The position numbers and the translations under genes were made by a program. DNA of 32,000 bases, from positions 50,129 to 82,128 of the forward strand of contig CAYGVX010000001.1 of assembly GCA_964353725.1 (NCBI GenBank). The letters run 5' to 3'. The notes beneath the pieces are model-generated. The model made no database searches, was not told the DNA's origin, and saw only the letters and a program-made list of their open reading frames with translations. Below, one piece after another: positions 9,357 to 18,387 of this stretch. Position 1 is the stretch's first letter; each line of letters starts with the position of its first letter. Source of the stretch: an uncultured Candidatus Bathyarchaeia archaeon. GTDB lineage: Archaea; Thermoproteota; Bathyarchaeia; Bathyarchaeales; SOJC01.

Positions 9357-9446
9357 CTACCAGCTTTTGCTGTAGTTGCCTGCTACTATTACCAAGTCGA
9401 AGATGTCAATGCCCCCATCTCCGTCGATACTGCAAGTGATGTGCAT
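9357..9446 (-). pseudogene. Isolated dockerin/EF-hand-like calcium-binding repeat, probable remnant of a surface-protein gene
   Basis: The minus-strand translation is MHITCSIDGDGGIDIFDLVIVAGNYSKSW*. This matches the dockerin type-I repeat pattern D-x-D/N-G-D-G-x-(I/V)-D-x-x-D-L. The frame is open for only 43 codons. An adjacent 58-aa ORF (9389-9565, minus) lies in another frame. Confidence 0.3.
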
Positions 9447-9628
9447 TTTCCGCTGGCGGCGGCTTCGTATATGGGGACCTGTGTGCGGTCAAATCCTGCG
9501 CCTAGGTTGAGCATGTGCCATTCATCTCGTTTTTTGAAGGGATTGGTCGCCAACCTTACCGACATATTGTTGGATCTTGGAGAGAAGAATCGTTTTTGAC
9601 ACTGTTTTTGTTTAATTGTTTTAGAAGG

Positions 9629-9979
9629 TTATTGTTCACTTACTTTGAAATAGTATCCTTCTTCTCTTTTGGACCCGAAGCTTCTGATGCCTTTCTTTTT
9701 GAGTTGTTGTCGCAGTTTTTTGGCGTAGTCGGGGGTTATTTCGCCGCGGCTTTGCATGTAGGTTATTATTTCTTCTGCTTGTTGTGGGTTGTCGCATCGA
9801 CGTAGGAAGTCGATTATATTGGGGTCGTAGTTGGAGAGGTTTTTCTGGTTAGTTGCAGTCTTTTCAGCGGTTTTTGTGTCTGTGCGTATGGAATCTATTG
9901 TCACCTTTTTCTCTTCGTCGTTCATTTCTCTTGCGAGGTTTGGGAACGTTTTTTTGAACTGGTCTTTGCCGACTTCCAT
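9629..9979 (-). CDS. Small conserved archaeal protein (DUF2095-like)
   Basis: The 116-aa product contains FKKTFPNLAREM, NIIDFLRRCDNPQQAEEIITYMQSRGEITPDYAKKLRQQLKKKGIRSFG and EEGYY. The family name is from recollection. Confidence 0.6.
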   Translation of the reverse strand: MEVGKDQFKKTFPNLAREMNDEEKKVTIDSIRTDTKTAEKTATNQKNLSNYDPNIIDFLRRCDNPQQAEEIITYMQSRGEITPDYAKKLRQQLKKKGIRSFGSKREEGYYFKVSEQ

Positions 9980-10347
9980 TGGGTGGTGACTCTCGTTTCT
10001 TGGCTTGTGTTCTTCAATTTTTTATGAGTGTGAACGGATATTTAACTGCTATTGTGGATGTGTTCAGCAGGGAGACTACATCGTCTTGCGTATACTGCAA
10101 TAGACTGTAAATGAGCCTCAAGTATGGGGTGCTGCTGTTCTATGGGATGTTTTGGAGGTAAAGTTTATTAGAAACGTTTTTGTCTCTATGGCTAGCTCCA
10201 AAATGGACCATGAAAATAGCAAGGTCCGTCTTTTCGGTCGGATGACTCCGGCCTTGGTTGGAGGTATTTCCCAGTTTGAATGAAAGACGTTGCGGAAGGG
10301 TTACCTTTCGGTTCAAGTCGAGCGGCAGTTTTGTGGAGGCGGTTTAG

Positions 10348-13300
10348 GTGGTGGAGGTATCTCAGGACGAGCTTCTGCTTCTTCAGAAGGCATTCTTCAA
10401 GGAGAAAGGCCTTGTCAGGCAGCATTTGGATTCGTACAACGATTTCATAGACCATGGGTTGCAGGAAATAGTAGACGAGGTAGGCGCGATAGACATCGAG
10501 ATACCCGAGAGCCCCTACAAGATAAGACTTGGACAGGCTTGGGTAATTGACCCCCAGTCTAGGATAAGCGGTCCCTACTTGACTGAAGTTGACGGCACAA
10601 AACATGAGATTTTCCCTATCGAAGCACGGTTCCGCAGCCTCTCCTACGTTGCCCCCGTGGCTGTCGAGATGACCCCGATTATCGATGGAAGGGAGCAGGA
10701 CACCGAACTTGTCTTGATCGGTGACATCCCAGTCATGCTAAAATCGAAATTGTGTGTTCTTTCGCAACTGCAACCAGAGGAGTTGATACTCTACGGCGAA
10801 GACCCCGACGATTCAGGCGGGTATTTTGTCATAAACGGCTCGGAACGTGTAATCGTAGCCCTTGAAGACTTGGCACCGAATCGGGTGCTAGTAGACGTTG
10901 ACACTCGAGGGGCTCATCCCGTTTATCAAGCCAAGATTTTCTCCACGACAGTTGGCTTCAGGGCGAGGATAGAACTCCGTCTAAAACCGGACGGCTCTCT
11001 CTACGTGACAATTCCAGGTGTGCCATCTGAAATCCCCTTCATAATAGTCATGAGGGCTCTTGGAATCGAGTCTGACAGAGAGATCGCCGAGCTGGTGTCA
11101 CCTGAACAACCAATGCAAAACATGCTTGAGCTCTCGTTTGAGAAAGCGGCGGAAGTAGACATGGTCAAAGACGCCCTTGAATACATAGGTAACCGCGTAG
11201 CCCACGGGCAAGTGCTGGAATACCGTCTTCTAAGAGCTCAAAGCATCTTGGACAAGAACTTTATCCCACATTTAGACCGCACTCCCGACAAGCGCAAAGA
11301 CAAAGCAATCTTTCTCGGAGAAATGGCCTCTCGAGTGATAGAACTGAAACTTGGCAGAAGGTCAATAGACGACAAAGACCACTTCAAGAACAAGAGACTG
11401 AAACTCGCTGGACCGATGCTTGGAGACCTTTTCAGAGTCGCCTTCAGGAACTTGTGTAGAGATATTAAGTATCAGCTTGAGAGAATGGGTTTCAAGCGGC
11501 AGATGATCAGCGTTTCTGCTGCCGTGCGCCCAGGAATAGTCTCGGAAAGGCTTCAACATGCTCTGGCAACGGGAAATTGGGGCAGAGGAAGAGTCGGCAT
11601 AACACAGCTTCTAGACAGGACAAACCTTGTCTCAACCCTCAGTCACCTTCGCAGGCTCCAATCACCCTTAAGCCGAAGCCAGCCAAACTTTGAGGCTCGA
11701 GACCTGCATCCGACCCACTGGGGGCGTCTATGCCCCAACGAAACACCTGAAGGGTCGAATTGTGGTCTGGTGAAAAACCTTGCTCTCTCAGCATGCATTT
11801 CAGTAGCCGTGAGCGTCGACAAGGTCAGGCAAACAGTCTTCTCGCTGGGCATCGTCCCAGTACAAGACGGAAACCGAGAACTCCGCCTTTCCGGTGCGAA
11901 AGTTTTTATAAATGGCTCTTTGGTCGGCTATCACCCACAGCCTAGCGACCTTGTCTTCGAGCTAAGAGCCAAACGCAGAAGAAGCGAAATACCATCCGAA
12001 ATCAACGTTGCCCATTTCAAAGCCATGGGCGGAAGAGAAGAAGTCTACATTACCTGCGACGAGGGTCGAGTTAGACGACCCCTGGCAATAGTGGAAAACG
12101 GGGTCTGTAAGCTCCAGCTGGAGCACCTCGACAAGATTCGTTCAGGAGAATGGTCTTGGGAAGACTTGGTCAAGAACGGGATAATCGAGTACCTCGACGC
12201 CGAGGAAGAAGAAAACATCTATGTGGCTCTAAGCCTAGATAAGATAACGTCTAAACATACACACTCAGAGCTTTCAACCTACACCATGCTCGGTATATGT
12301 GCTTCTCTCATACCCTACCCCGAGCATAACCAGTCACCACGCAACTCTTACGAGGCAGCCATGGCTAAGCAAGCCCTCGGAGTCTACACTACAAACTACG
12401 CCTACCGAGCGGACTCTCGTTCCCACGTTCTGCATTATCCTCAATCTTCAATCGTTAGGACAAGACCCATGGAAGTCTTGGGCTATGACCAGAGACCTTC
12501 TGGACAAAACTGCTTGGTCGCGGTCATGTCCTTCGAAGGATACAACATGGAAGATGCGCTTATCTTCAATAAAGCAGCGGTAGAACGCGGTCTAGGGCGC
12601 TCAACCTTCTACAGAATATACGAAGCCGAGTGCCGCCAATACTTGGGGGGGTTGAAGGACAAGTTTGTGTCTCCAGAGGCGGGCATGAGAGGCTACAGGG
12701 GCGAGCAATACTACCGCTTGCTGGAACCTGACGGAATAGTAGGACTCGAAGCCGAAACAGTTGGTGGCGATGTCCTCATAGGAAGGATAAGCCCCCCAAG
12801 GTTCCTCGAAGAATACAAAGAGTTCGACGTTAAAGGACCATCCATGCGCGACACATCAGTGGACGTGAGACAGTCGGAAACAGGCATAGTCGATGCTGTT
12901 TTCATTACAGAGTCAAGGGAGGGAAGCAAACTAGTCAAGGTCAGGATGAGAGACCAACGCATCCCGGAGCTAGGCGATAAGTTCGCCTCGCGCCACGGAC
13001 AAAAAGGCGTCATAGGCATGATTGTACCGCAAGAGGACTTGCCTTTCACCGAGTCAGGCATAGTTCCCGACATAATAATCAACCCCCACGCTATGCCATC
13101 ACGCATGACCATAGGCCAGTTCTTGGAATCAATGGCAGGAAAAATGGCTGCGATTCGCGGCAAACCCGCCGACGGAACACCTTTCGTCAACGAGAAATCC
13201 AGCGAAATAAAACAAACCCTCATCAACAACGGCTTTAGCCACACTGGCAAGGAAGTCTTCTACAACGGCATAACAGGCGAGAAGTTCGTCGCAGACATCT

Positions 13301-13710
13301 TCATAGGCGTAGTCTACTACCAAAAGCTCCACCACATGGTATCTGACAAGGTTCACGCTAGGGCACGGGGGCAAGTGCAGATGCTGACCCGACAGCCCAC
13401 CGAGGGCAGAGCAAGAGGCGGTGGATTAAGGTTTGGCGAGATGGAAAGAGACTGCCTCATCGGGCACGGCGCAGCCATGCTTCTACGCGACCGGCTCTTA
13501 GAAGAATCAGACAAGTACCTCCTCTATGTCTGCGAAAACTGCGGTCATATGGCCTACTATGACATCAAGAGACGCACATACGTCTGCCGCACATGCGACG
13601 AAAACGCTCAGATATCCCCAGTAGTCGTCTCCTATGCCTTCAAACTGCTCCTACAAGAACTGATGAGCCTCTGCGTTACACCTCGCCTAAAACTGAAGGA
13701 GCGTGCCTAG
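10348..13710 (+). CDS. rpoB: DNA-directed RNA polymerase subunit B (unsplit, 1120 aa)
   Basis: The start is GTG 10348, directly after an in-frame TAG, with GGAGG at 10335-10339. Motifs are GLVRQHLDSYNDFI, SRSQPNFEARDLHPTHWGRLCPNETPEG, GDKFASRHGQKGV, RFGEMERDCLIGHGAA and the C-terminal Zn motif CENCGH...CRTC. Confidence 0.97.
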   Translation: MVEVSQDELLLLQKAFFKEKGLVRQHLDSYNDFIDHGLQEIVDEVGAIDIEIPESPYKIRLGQAWVIDPQSRISGPYLTEVDGTKHEIFPIEARFRSLSYVAPVAVEMTPIIDGREQDTELVLIGDIPVMLKSKLCVLSQLQPEELILYGEDPDDSGGYFVINGSERVIVALEDLAPNRVLVDVDTRGAHPVYQAKIFSTTVGFRARIELRLKPDGSLYVTIPGVPSEIPFIIVMRALGIESDREIAELVSPEQPMQNMLELSFEKAAEVDMVKDALEYIGNRVAHGQVLEYRLLRAQSILDKNFIPHLDRTPDKRKDKAIFLGEMASRVIELKLGRRSIDDKDHFKNKRLKLAGPMLGDLFRVAFRNLCRDIKYQLERMGFKRQMISVSAAVRPGIVSERLQHALATGNWGRGRVGITQLLDRTNLVSTLSHLRRLQSPLSRSQPNFEARDLHPTHWGRLCPNETPEGSNCGLVKNLALSACISVAVSVDKVRQTVFSLGIVPVQDGNRELRLSGAKVFINGSLVGYHPQPSDLVFELRAKRRRSEIPSEINVAHFKAMGGREEVYITCDEGRVRRPLAIVENGVCKLQLEHLDKIRSGEWSWEDLVKNGIIEYLDAEEEENIYVALSLDKITSKHTHSELSTYTMLGICASLIPYPEHNQSPRNSYEAAMAKQALGVYTTNYAYRADSRSHVLHYPQSSIVRTRPMEVLGYDQRPSGQNCLVAVMSFEGYNMEDALIFNKAAVERGLGRSTFYRIYEAECRQYLGGLKDKFVSPEAGMRGYRGEQYYRLLEPDGIVGLEAETVGGDVLIGRISPPRFLEEYKEFDVKGPSMRDTSVDVRQSETGIVDAVFITESREGSKLVKVRMRDQRIPELGDKFASRHGQKGVIGMIVPQEDLPFTESGIVPDIIINPHAMPSRMTIGQFLESMAGKMAAIRGKPADGTPFVNEKSSEIKQTLINNGFSHTGKEVFYNGITGEKFVADIFIGVVYYQKLHHMVSDKVHARARGQVQMLTRQPTEGRARGGGLRFGEMERDCLIGHGAAMLLRDRLLEESDKYLLYVCENCGHMAYYDIKRRTYVCRTCDENAQISPVVVSYAFKLLLQELMSLCVTPRLKLKERA

Positions 13711-13712
13711 AA

Positions 13713-16700
13713 ATGTCCGGCGAAGAAGTCGCCCACAAAATAATAGACGAACTCCGCTTCGGGCTCCTCTCACCCCAAGAGCTACGAAAACTCTCCATCG
13801 CAGAAATACAAACCGCAGATACATATGACGAAGACGGCGCCCCAATAACGTCAGGCCTTATGGACGGCAGACTGGGTACACTCGAACCTAGACAACGATG
13901 CAAAACATGCGGCAACACCGCCATCCGATGCCCAGGCCACTTCGGCCACATCGAACTCGCAGTTCCCACCTTCCACATCGAGTTCACAAAAATCATCCAC
14001 AACCTCCTAACCTCCACCTGCAGAAACTGCGGTCGCATACTGATAGAAGACGAACAAGCAGGAAAAATCAGAAGAAGAATCAACCGCGCCGGTGCACTCC
14101 TAGGGGAAGTCCCAGACACCATCTACAAGCGTGTCATGAAAGAGGCAAAAACAAAACAGTGTCCCCACTGTGGCACGCCCCAGTTTAAGATCGTCTTCGA
14201 GAAGCCAACACGCTTCCGCGAAGAAGTGGCCGAGGGCGGGTCGCCCCAGCTGACGCCGAGCATAGTCCGCGAGAGGCTCGAGAGGATACCTGACAGTGAC
14301 TTGGAGCTTTTCGGCTTCAACCCTAAAATCGCTAGACCCGAGTGGATGGTTCTCCAAGTCCTTCCAGTGCCCCCAGTCTACGTAAGACCATCCATCACTC
14401 TGGAGTCTGGGATACGTTCAGAGGATGATTTGACTCACAAGCTGGTGGACATCATCCGCATTAACCAGCGTTTGAAGGAGAACATGGAAGCTGGGGCGCC
14501 GACGCTCATCATCCAAGACCTGTCGGAGCTACTTCAGTACCATGTGACCACATACTTCAACAACGAAGCCTCGGGTATCCCGCCTGCGCGCCATCGTTCT
14601 GGAAGAGCGCTGAAGACGTTGTCTCAGCGTCTCAAGGGAAAGGAGGGACGTTTCAGGAGCAACCTCTCCGGGAAACGTGTAGATTTCTCTGCAAGGACGG
14701 TTATCTCTCCTGACCCAAACATAGACATCAGTGAAGTAGGTGTTCCTCTTGACGTTGCGATGAAACTCTCTATCCCAGAGAAGATCACGGATTGGAACCT
14801 TGCCGAGATGCGAGCCTTCGTTAAGAATGGTCCTGACAATTATCCGGGCGCCTTGTACGTGGTGAGGCAGGATGGCAAGCGTATTCGTTTGGAGTTCGTT
14901 GTCGACCGGGAGAAGGTTGCTGAGGCGATTGGGAAAGGCTTCGTCGTGGAGAGGCATCTCAAGAACGGGGACATCGCGATCTTCAACCGTCAACCTTCTC
15001 TTCACCGGATGTCAATCATGGCTCACTACGTCAAGGTTCTGCCATACAAGACTTTCCGTCTGCATCTCTGTGTCTGCCCGCCTTACAACGCAGACTTTGA
15101 CGGAGATGAGATGAACCTCCACGTGCCCCAGAGCGAGGAGGCTCAGACAGAGGCTCTCATACTGATGCAGGTTCAAGACCAGATACTCTCTCCAAGGTTC
15201 GGAGGACCTATAATCGGGGCTATTAGGGACTTCATCACGTCTTCATACCTCCTCACCAAGAAATCCACGATGTTAACGAAGGAGGAAGTGTGCAGGCTGT
15301 TAGACACCTCGGGCTACGACGGCGACCTGCCAGAGCCAGAAGTGAAAAAGCCAGAACCGAGATGGACGGGAAAGCAAATATTCAGCCTCTTCCTTCCAAA
15401 AGACTTCAACTACGCGTTGAAGGCCACGATATGCCAAAGCTGCGTGAAATGTGAGAAAGAGAACTGCCCTCATGACGCTTTCGTCGTTATCAAGGACGGC
15501 GTCTTGAAATCGGGCGTGATAGACAGGCGTTCGATAGGTGCGGAGCAGTCGGAGAGCGTTTTGCACCGCATAATCAAGGATTACAGCGCCAGACGAGGTC
15601 GAGAGTTTCTGAACAAGATCTGCCAGCTTCTGAAAACGTTCATGTCCATTCGCGGCTTCTCCTACTCCTTCAACGAGTTGGAGTTGTCGCCCAAAGCGCA
15701 AACCAGGATTGCCAAAACCTTGGAGAAATACGAGAACAACGTTCAGGAACTGATCGACTCTTACAGAAAAGGAACGCTCCAAAGACTTCCAGGCCAGTCC
15801 CTTCAAGACTCGTTTGAGATATATGTCATGAACGAGCTTGCGAAGGCGAGAGACGATTCTGGAAGGATTGCTGATGAAGATTTCACCCTCGAAAACTCGG
15901 GGATAATCATGACGAGAACCGGAGCGAGAGGATCCAGCCTGAATATCGGTCAGATGACCGCCTCGGTAGGGCAGCAGTCGGTTCGTGGAAAACGCATTAT
16001 GCGAGGCTATGTGCAGCGTGCGCTACCCCATTTTGAACCAGGCGACCCTTCACCAAAGGCTAGGGGCTTCGTGAACTCTTCTTACCAGTCTGGCTTAGAT
16101 GCCGTGGAATTCTTTTTCCACGCCATGGGAGGCCGTGAAGGTCTAGTGGACACGGCGGTGCGAACCCAACAGAGCGGTTACATGCAAAGAAGGCTCATCA
16201 ACGCTCTCGAACACCTGCGTGTTGAGTATGATGGCACAGTCCGCGACTCTATTGGCGATGTGATCCAATTCCACTTTGGAGAGGACGGAGTGGATCCTGC
16301 GAAGAGCGATCACGGCAAGGCGGTAAACGTCAGCAGACTCGTCGACCAGATCGGCATCAAGATGGGGGGCGGCAGAGCCGCATCCGAGAAGTACATCGAG
16401 GAGAAGCTGAAAGATGTGGAGAACAAGCTTACCCCGATATTGGTCGACGAGTTGAAACAGGCGCTGAGCAGGGCAAAGCTGAACAAAGAGGCCGTCGACC
16501 AAACCATAAATCTGACAGTGAAGCACTACAAAGGCGCCCTCGTAGAACCTGGTGAGGCGGTAGGCATTGTTGCGGCTCAGTCCATAGGCGAACCTGGCAC
16601 TCAGATGACCTTGCGCACTTTCCACTACGCTGGAGTACGAGAGCAAAACGTTACTCTGGGCTTGCCCCGACTTATTGAGATCGTGGATGCGAGAAGGATT

Positions 16701-17537
16701 CCCTCTACACCTATAATGACCATTTACCTTGACAAGAACTGCCAAAAGAGCAAGGAGAAAGCCACGGAGATTGCTCGCAACATGATATACACAACCGCTG
16801 AAGACATAGCGAAGGCGGTCTACGACGACCCCAAGAATGAGGAAATCGTGGTCGATTTCGACGACGCTTTGATGGATGGCAGAGGTATATCAGTAGACGA
16901 ACTCAAAGATGCTGTGCAGCTTCCAAGCTGCACCGTAAGAACGCGAGGTAAGAAGGTCTACCTGAAGCCCAAAAAGCCCGAAGACCGCAAGAAGATCATG
17001 GACAAAGTCGCTTCTTTGCACATTAAAGGAATGTCGGGCATCAAGCGTGTTCTGGTCGCTGAAGAGAAGGGCGAATGGGTCATTAGAACTGATGGGTCGA
17101 ACCTGTCGAAGGTTCTTGAAATGGCCGGCGTCGACCCAACTAGGACCACCACTAACCATATTCATGAGGTTGCGAAAACCTTGGGCGTCGAAGCAGCGCG
17201 CAACTCACTCATAAAGGAAGCCGTGGGCGTGCTGGAGGAGCAGGGACTGGACGTTGACATCAGGCATATAATGCTGGTCGCAGACATCATGACCAACACG
17301 GGCGAAGTGCAGCAGATCGGGCGTCACGGAATCAGCGGAACCAAATCAAGCGTTCTAGCACGTGCAGCCTTCGAAATCACCGTCCCAAACATCGTGGACG
17401 CGGCTATCAAAGGCAAGGCTGATCCATTGCGAGGTGTAACCGAAAACGTTATAGTGGGGCAATCCATACCCATTGGCACTGGACTCGTCAACCTGTTCAT
17501 GTCTGCGTCGACAGAAAAACAGGAGAAAAGCGAATGA
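13713..17537 (+). CDS. rpoA: DNA-directed RNA polymerase subunit A, with A' and A'' fused in one 1274-aa ORF
   Basis: ATG 13713 lies 2 nt after the rpoB stop. Motifs are CKTCGN...CPGHFGHIEL, RHRSGRALKTLSQRLKGKEGRFR, the catalytic YNADFDGDEMN, and the A''-type VEPGEAVGIVAAQSIGEPGTQMTLRTFHYAGV. No stop codon separates the A' and A'' parts. Met884 (16362-16364) sits where A'' normally starts. Confidence 0.95.
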   Translation: MSGEEVAHKIIDELRFGLLSPQELRKLSIAEIQTADTYDEDGAPITSGLMDGRLGTLEPRQRCKTCGNTAIRCPGHFGHIELAVPTFHIEFTKIIHNLLTSTCRNCGRILIEDEQAGKIRRRINRAGALLGEVPDTIYKRVMKEAKTKQCPHCGTPQFKIVFEKPTRFREEVAEGGSPQLTPSIVRERLERIPDSDLELFGFNPKIARPEWMVLQVLPVPPVYVRPSITLESGIRSEDDLTHKLVDIIRINQRLKENMEAGAPTLIIQDLSELLQYHVTTYFNNEASGIPPARHRSGRALKTLSQRLKGKEGRFRSNLSGKRVDFSARTVISPDPNIDISEVGVPLDVAMKLSIPEKITDWNLAEMRAFVKNGPDNYPGALYVVRQDGKRIRLEFVVDREKVAEAIGKGFVVERHLKNGDIAIFNRQPSLHRMSIMAHYVKVLPYKTFRLHLCVCPPYNADFDGDEMNLHVPQSEEAQTEALILMQVQDQILSPRFGGPIIGAIRDFITSSYLLTKKSTMLTKEEVCRLLDTSGYDGDLPEPEVKKPEPRWTGKQIFSLFLPKDFNYALKATICQSCVKCEKENCPHDAFVVIKDGVLKSGVIDRRSIGAEQSESVLHRIIKDYSARRGREFLNKICQLLKTFMSIRGFSYSFNELELSPKAQTRIAKTLEKYENNVQELIDSYRKGTLQRLPGQSLQDSFEIYVMNELAKARDDSGRIADEDFTLENSGIIMTRTGARGSSLNIGQMTASVGQQSVRGKRIMRGYVQRALPHFEPGDPSPKARGFVNSSYQSGLDAVEFFFHAMGGREGLVDTAVRTQQSGYMQRRLINALEHLRVEYDGTVRDSIGDVIQFHFGEDGVDPAKSDHGKAVNVSRLVDQIGIKMGGGRAASEKYIEEKLKDVENKLTPILVDELKQALSRAKLNKEAVDQTINLTVKHYKGALVEPGEAVGIVAAQSIGEPGTQMTLRTFHYAGVREQNVTLGLPRLIEIVDARRIPSTPIMTIYLDKNCQKSKEKATEIARNMIYTTAEDIAKAVYDDPKNEEIVVDFDDALMDGRGISVDELKDAVQLPSCTVRTRGKKVYLKPKKPEDRKKIMDKVASLHIKGMSGIKRVLVAEEKGEWVIRTDGSNLSKVLEMAGVDPTRTTTNHIHEVAKTLGVEAARNSLIKEAVGVLEEQGLDVDIRHIMLVADIMTNTGEVQQIGRHGISGTKSSVLARAAFEITVPNIVDAAIKGKADPLRGVTENVIVGQSIPIGTGLVNLFMSASTEKQEKSE

Positions 17538-17878
17538 TTGATGTGGACAAGGCTATCGCAACAGCGGTCAAGACTGGCAAGGTGGTTCTTGGAGCGAACG
17601 AAGCCCTTTGGAGCGCAAAAGCAGGCAAGGCACGCTTAATAGTATTAGCCTCCAACAGCCCACCTCAACTGCGCGAAGACATCGATTACTACGGCAAACT
17701 TTCACAAGTTCCTGTCGTGGCTTATAGAAGCAACAGCGTCGACCTAGGCATGGTCTGCGGAAAAAGGTTTGCAGTGACAGCCCTCACAGTGAAGGAACCT
17801 GGAGACTCCGACATACTGAAGCTGACTGAAACAGCCGAAACAACACCCGAGTCTGCTGAAGAGGAAGCTGAGGAGTAG
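17534..17878 (+). CDS. rpl30e: Ribosomal protein L30e (eL30) with acidic C-terminal tail
   Basis: It overlaps the rpoA stop as ATGA. Sequence GKVVLGANEALWSAKAGKARLIVLASNSPP...YYGKLSQVPVVAYRSNSVDLG is L30e-like. It occupies the conserved position after rpoA. Confidence 0.9.
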   Translation: MIDVDKAIATAVKTGKVVLGANEALWSAKAGKARLIVLASNSPPQLREDIDYYGKLSQVPVVAYRSNSVDLGMVCGKRFAVTALTVKEPGDSDILKLTETAETTPESAEEEAEE

Positions 17879-17882
17879 CGGA

Positions 17883-18320
17883 ATGGCAAGCGGAATAAAG
17901 CTGACAAGCAACGAAATGCGTTACATCGCCCTCTTCGAAAGCATCACTGGCGCAGCGGTAAAAGACTGCATCCTCGACGAGGAGTTGAGCCGCGCCATCT
18001 TCATCGTCAAAGAAGGCGACGTAGGCATGGCTATAGGCAAGGGTGGAAAGAACATTCACCTCTTAGAGAGAATGACGAACAAAAAGCACGAGATAATAGA
18101 GTACTCCGAAGACCCTGCCCAGTTCATCAAGAACGCCCTAAAACCTGCGCACGTGAGAGAGCTCAGGATAACCGAGCGACCTGACGGAAAAAACATCGCG
18201 GTAGTCATGGTTGACCCGAAAGATAAGGGTGTGGCTATCGGGAAGAACGGAAGAAACGCCGAACGAATTCGTTTTCTCGCAAAACGGTACTTCCAAATTC
18301 AAAACGTGTCGATAACCTAG
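17883..18320 (+). CDS. nusA: Archaeal NusA-like transcription termination/antitermination factor (two KH domains)
   Basis: The 145-aa product has two KH GxxG motifs, MAIGKGGKNIHLL and VAIGKNGRNAERI. It occupies the conserved position after rpl30e. Confidence 0.9.
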   Translation: MASGIKLTSNEMRYIALFESITGAAVKDCILDEELSRAIFIVKEGDVGMAIGKGGKNIHLLERMTNKKHEIIEYSEDPAQFIKNALKPAHVRELRITERPDGKNIAVVMVDPKDKGVAIGKNGRNAERIRFLAKRYFQIQNVSIT

Positions 18321-18387
18321 CTCCTGCAGCTAAATGCGAACAAAATGGAGAGGAGTTAACGCTCTAGGCTACAATCGAAACCATGTT

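Noticed and set aside
9246-9599. A 117-aa plus-strand ORF in the 9.2-9.6 kb gap.
   Set aside because: It has a TTG start with no SD, odd composition and no motif. The opposite strand carries the recognisable dockerin-like repeat, so I consider this ORF fortuitous.
10310-10319. GGTTCAAGTC, which resembles a tRNA T-loop, upstream of rpoB.
   Set aside because: The flanking bases (CTTTC / GAGCG) cannot form the 5-bp T-stem, and no acceptor or anticodon arms can be drawn. It is not a tRNA.
10192-10605. A 137-aa minus-strand ORF and an 86-aa plus-strand ORF (10290-10550) at the rpoB 5' end.
   Set aside because: Both overlap the rpoB start region. The plus one is Gly/Arg-rich frame noise. Neither has a recognisable motif or a ribosome-binding site.
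12711-13250. A 179-aa antisense ORF inside rpoB. Similar long antisense ORFs lie inside rpoA at 13676-14122, 14529-15005, 15300-15806 and 16143-16745.
   Set aside because: They sit fully within strongly conserved RNAP coding sequence on the opposite strand. Their composition is biased and low in information (Ser/Arg/Leu/Pro-rich). Such ORFs are expected as stop-poor antisense frames of roughly 50% GC genes.
13593-13712. The track ORF for rpoA starts at 13593, inside rpoB.
   Set aside because: The first 40 codons (MRRKRSDIPSSRLLCLQTAPTRTDEPL...) are the alternate frame of the rpoB 3' end. The conserved RpoA N-terminus (EVAHKIIDELRFGLLSPQELRKLS) begins at ATG 13713, 2 nt after the rpoB stop.
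16362-16370. A G6 homopolymer exactly at the RpoA'/A'' junction, as a possible frameshift artefact creating a false fusion.
   Set aside because: The Met codon immediately before the run is in frame with both halves. An indel in the run would leave the A'' part without a nearby start. This keeps the fusion as the working call, but I flagged it for read-level verification.
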